A stretch of 64,000 nucleotides of DNA from Macrostomum lignano. Its lineage: Eukaryota. Positions within the stretch are counted from its first letter, which is position 1, and each line of letters starts with the position of its first letter. Shown here in pieces: positions 59,801-64,000 of this stretch. The stretch covers positions 1-64,000 of the forward strand of contig NIVC01001634.1 of NCBI GenBank assembly GCA_002269645.1, read 5' to 3'. The notes beneath the pieces are model-generated. The model saw nothing but the letters and a program-made list of their open reading frames with translations. It was not told where the DNA came from and did not search any database. Made by a program: the position numbers and the translations under genes.

Positions 59801-62800
59801 GTGACATTGTCTAACAGGTGTGTGACACCGTCTAACAGGTGTGTGACATTGTCTAACAGGTGTGTGACACCGTCTAACAGGTGTGTGACATTGTCTAACA
59901 GGTGTGTGACATTGTCTAACAGCTGTGTGACACTGTCTAACAGTGTGTAACACTGTCTAACAGGTGCAATATTCTACAATCTGGCAAAAGGAATTCTGAG
60001 TCATCAAGCTGTAACATTGCCACAACTCACTGTTCAATCGCCGGAACGGCCTCATTTTGCTCAGGCTTTTCCTTCTCATCAGGATCCTCTTCTTCCTCCC
60101 GTTGTTGCTGAGGCTGCTTTGCAGCAGCTGCAGCCTCATCCTGGCCCGTGAGTCGCTCCTCCCTCTGCCGCTTGTGCATTCGAACTATTCGATGTTGGCG
60201 CCTGTTCGATTTTAGCGGCGACTCGCGAAACAGAATCAGTGCGTCCGAGCGGCCGACGCCACGGAGACAGCGAGCCAGGTGCGCAATGCTGGCGGAGGGT
60301 CGTCTTGACCAGGTGTGCAGCATCTCCCGGATGGCGAGCTGGTTACCACCGCGAAGGGCCTGGCGCTCCAGGATTGACAGCTCGTCAGGTGTGAGGCCTG
60401 TGAGGATTTAACAGATGACCAGGTGATTCTCGAGTGTCTAACGGGTGATTCTCGAGTGTCTAACGGGTGATTCTCGAGTGTCTAACAGGTGATTCTCGAG
60501 TGTCTAACGGGTGATTCTCGAGTGTCTAACGGGTGATTCTCGAGTGTCTAACGGGTGATTCTCGAGTGTCTAACGGGTTATACGATTCTACGGTTAATGG
60601 AATGCTATATTAAAGGCAATAAATATTTCTCACATTACTTACAGTCTCGCAGTTGTCATTTTTAGTTGTCAGTTTTATTTCAGAGAAATGTTTTGCAGGA
60701 AAAATATTGCCGATAAATTTTGCCTAACGATGCATGCATTTCAGTCTTGGTTCGATGAGCAAATGGCTAATTGTTTTCCCCATTGTTTTGTTTAATTAAA
60801 AAATATTTTCCAGACAAAATTAACCATTGTGTTCTCAGTTTCTACAACGCCCACTCGCCTGTTTGAGTTTTGACTAAACTACTCGTAAATAGGAAAATAA
60901 AATTTATTTTGTCTTAAAATATACTCGTATGTACTGCCTATTCTACTCTACAAATAGGTAAGTAGTATGCTTTGCGTTTTGCTGCTAAACCTATCTGCGG
61001 GTTTAATCGTTCTAACTTTTAAATAATATCATGTAGAATAAGCACCGAATCTGTTGTTATTTATGGTCCCAAACCTGATATTGTTTACCGGTATGGCGCC
61101 AAACCTGATATTGTTTACCGGTATGGTCCCAAACCTGATATTGTTTACCGGTATGGCGCCAAACCTGATATTGTTTACCGGTATGGTCCCAAACCTGATA
61201 TTGTTTACCGGTATGGTCCCAAACCTGATATTGTTTACCGGTATGGTCCCAAACCTGATATTGTTTACCGGTATGGTCCCAAACCTGATATTGTTTACCG
61301 GTATGGTCCCAAACCTGATATTGTTTACCGGTATGGTCCCAAACCTGATATTGTTTACCGGTATGGTCCCAAACCTGATATTGTTTACCGGTATGGTCCC
61401 AAACCTGATATTGTTTACCGGTATGGCGCCAAACCTGATATTGTTTACCGGTATGGTCCCAAACCTGATATTGTTTACCGGTATGGCGCCAAACCTGATA
61501 TTGTTTACCGGTATGGTCCCAAACCTGATATTGTTTACTGGTATGGTCCCAAACCTGATATTGTTTACCGGTATGGTCCCAAACCTGATATTGTTTACCG
61601 GTATGGTCCCAAACCTGATATTGTTTACCGGTATGGCGCCAAACCTGATATTGTTTACCGGTATGGTCCCAAACCTGATATTGTTTACCGGTATGGCGCC
61701 AAACCTGATATTGTTTACCGGTATGGTCCCAAACCTGATATTGTTTACCGGTATGGTCCCAAACCTGATATTGTTTACCGGTATGGTCCCAAACCTGATA
61801 TTGTTTACTGGTATGGTCCCAAACCTGATATTGTTTACCGGTATGGTCCCAAACCTGATATTGTTTACCGGTATGGTCCCAAACCTGATATTGTTTACCG
61901 GTATGGTCCCAAACCTGATATTGTTTACCGGTATGGTCCCAAACCTGATATTGTTTACCGGTATGGTCCCAAACCTGATATTGTTTACTGGTATGGTCCC
62001 AAACCTGATATTGTTTACTGGTATGGCGCCAAACCTGATATTGTTTACCGGTATGGCGCCAAACCTGATATTGTTTACTGGTATGGTCCCAAACCTGATA
62101 TTGTTTACCGGTATGGTCCCAAACCTGATATTGTTTACCGGTATGGTCCCAAACCTGATATTGTTTACTGGTATGGTCCCAAACCTGATATTGTTTACTG
62201 GTATGGCGCCAAACCTGATATTGTTTACCGGTATGGTCCCAAACCTGATATTGTTTACTGGTATGGCGCCAAACCTGATATTGTTTACCGGTATGGTCCC
62301 AAACCTGATATTGTTTACCGGTATGGTCCCAAACCTGATATTGTTTACTGGTATGGTCCCAAACCTGATATTGTTTACCGGTATGGTCCCAAACCTGATA
62401 TTGTTTACCGGTATGGTCCCAAACCTGATATTGTTTATGGCGCCAAACCTATTATTGTTTATGGCGTCACAACTTCCACAACTCACCCAGCTCACTCGCC
62501 AGCCGTCGCCACCTATCGGGATCAGCATCGTTAGCCAGAATATTCTCCAATCGTTGCATCCGCGATCCTGACAGTTCCCTCAACAGTCGCCGTCCGTCAA
62601 CTAGAATATTGTCCTCGGTTGGCTCGCTGCCGCCGAATCCGCTATCGGCGCTGCGACGCTTCGGTCGACGACATCCGGAGGAGTTGGCTGCTGTTAGGGG
62701 GAACTGGAACAGCACCAACTGCTCCTGATGCTCTGGCTCCTGATGCTCATGCTCAGGCTGATGCTGCTGTCGCAATGCTGACTCCACCGCAACCGCCTTC

Positions 62801-63000
62801 TCCTCGGTTGTCGACATGCCCGCTCTTCTCAGCATCTGTTTGACAAGGATCCAGGCCACTAAACCGAGGATCAGGCAGCCGAGCAGGCCGCAGTACACGG
62901 GCAGCAGGTCGGTGCCTTCGAGCAGGCTGCCAGCGCTGCTTGACGAGGCCGAAGATGACCAGCTTGGGGACAGCGGATCCGCACCTGCAGATGGAGACAT
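56804..63000 (-). CDS. p75NTR (NGFR/TNFRSF16)/NRADD-like single-pass membrane protein with intracellular death domain; 5' end uncertain
   Basis: Exons (63000 or acceptor 62984)-62487, 60397-60031 and 56903-56804 are phase-consistent. TM LLPVYCGLLGCLILGLVAWILVK resembles p75 LIPVYCSILAAVVVGLVAYIAFK. Juxtamembrane SADSG; death domain RWRRLASELGLTPDELSILE..IREMLHTWSRRPSASIAHLARCLRGVGRSDAL. Confidence 0.85.
56975..59965. repeat. 21/26-bp minisatellite (TGTCTAACAGGTGTGTGACAC[TGTCC])n filling the last intron of the death-domain gene
   Basis: 3-kb tandem array. Confidence 0.98.
60412..60580. repeat. 22-bp minisatellite (GTGTCTAACGGGTGATTCTCGA)n
   Basis: About 7 units. Confidence 0.93.
61068..62465. 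repeat. 30-bp minisatellite (AAACCTGATATTGTTTACCGGTATGGTCCC)n
   Basis: About 46 units in the death-domain gene intron; explains ORFs 61029-62528 and 61054-62571. Confidence 0.98.
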
Positions 63001-63768
63001 TTTGAGCTTAATAGTGAGAGCTGGAGTTGCGTGGATGATGGGAGTAGAGTGCTCCGATGTAACATGGTTGTACATGTGACTAATGAAGCGAAATAATATT
63101 TTAATTAATTAATTAGCTGAACATATGGGGATGTAGCTTAGTAGCTTAAGGAACAATTTGTGTCCTTGAGCCAGACAATTTAACTCTGAATTGCTTCAGT
63201 TGACCTAGATGTTAAATTGGTGTAATGCAGCATAGGGCAGGTGTAATCAATAATTGTTATTATTTCCATCTCCTTTACTTGTAAAATGCTGTTTAAGAAG
63301 TCCAAGCGTAAGAGAACCTTTAGAATTTTACGAGTATTTTTTTACGACACCTAATATAAATTATGTTATACAATACACACCATTTCAGCACACGCTGTAT
63401 CGGTTTTAGGCGCATAAAATCGATTTTTTCATACTTGTCCCAATATTATAGAACCAAAGCATTTTTAACGATTAATCAATTAAAGGCATCACCTCGCCAC
63501 TTTTAATTCTCGATCCAGTCGATATATATAGCTGTGGACCAATTAGTGGTGAATATATATGTACATTTGTCGACCATAAAAATTTTCTCTAAGTATCCCC
63601 TACTATAATGGAGATTTATGACTCTTCAAAACGGTTTGCATTATATTATACAACGGCCGTTTAATATTGGACAGGCGAACAATAAGATAAGAGCAATGAA
63701 ATCCGCAGATAAGCTATAACGGCAATTATCCGGCCAAAATTATTCTATTAATTATATATCGCTTTGAC

Positions 63769-63865
63769 CATGAGTTCGGCAACTCCCTCCACTCCACGGC
63801 CCGCAAAGCCTCTGCATCCGGCCCTCGGGTCCTTTTAAACTTTACAATGGAAATCCGGCCCGCTT
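63769..63865 (+). mobile_element. Degenerate hAT/Charlie-like MITE left end, homologous to 3852-3940
   Basis: Shares CGGCCCGC(G/A)AAGCC..ATCCGG(T/C)CC..GGG.CCTTT..AAA..CGGCCCGC; both copies are followed by CT-rich sequence. Confidence 0.45.
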
Positions 63866-63889
63866 TAGGTTTTGTCTTTTCTCAGCTCC

Positions 63890-64000
63890 CTTCTCTCTGA
63901 TCTCCGCTCCTCTCTTCTCTCCTCTCTCTTCTCTCCTCTCTCTTCTCTCCTCTCTCTTCTCTCCTCTCTCTTCTCTCCTCTCTCTTCTCTCCTCTCCTCG
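63890..64000. repeat. CT-rich 14-bp repeat (CTCTCTTCTCTCCT)n
   Basis: Direct observation. Confidence 0.9.

Overview
Eukaryotic (animal) genomic DNA with spliceosomal introns. The introns and intergenic DNA are packed with mini- and microsatellites, a pattern that suggests a free-living flatworm such as Macrostomum (inference, not verified). I reconstructed five spliced genes by eye from GT(GC)-AG sites and reading-frame phase. (1) A secreted or membrane-anchored M1 aminopeptidase (- strand, 5 exons, ~921 aa); the first exon and promoter of a tandem paralog lie at the left edge. (2) A kainate/AMPA-type ionotropic glutamate receptor (+ strand) whose terminal S2/M4 exons I could not find. (3) A two-exon neuropeptide-type class A GPCR with degenerate DRY/NPxxY motifs. 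(4) A complete 9-exon Amt ammonium transporter (- strand, 548 aa). (5) A p75NTR/NRADD-like transmembrane death-domain protein (- strand). Mobile DNA includes a truncated Crypton-type tyrosine-recombinase element bracketed by unusual hairpin sites, an ~8.3-kb inverted-repeat-bounded element that carries a higher-order satellite and sits in a (GACA)n tract, hAT/mariner end remnants, a probable Gypsy 3' remnant and a duplicated microsatellite-linked short element. Most long ORFs in the supplied track are translations of tandem repeats. No rRNA, tRNA or CRISPR was found.
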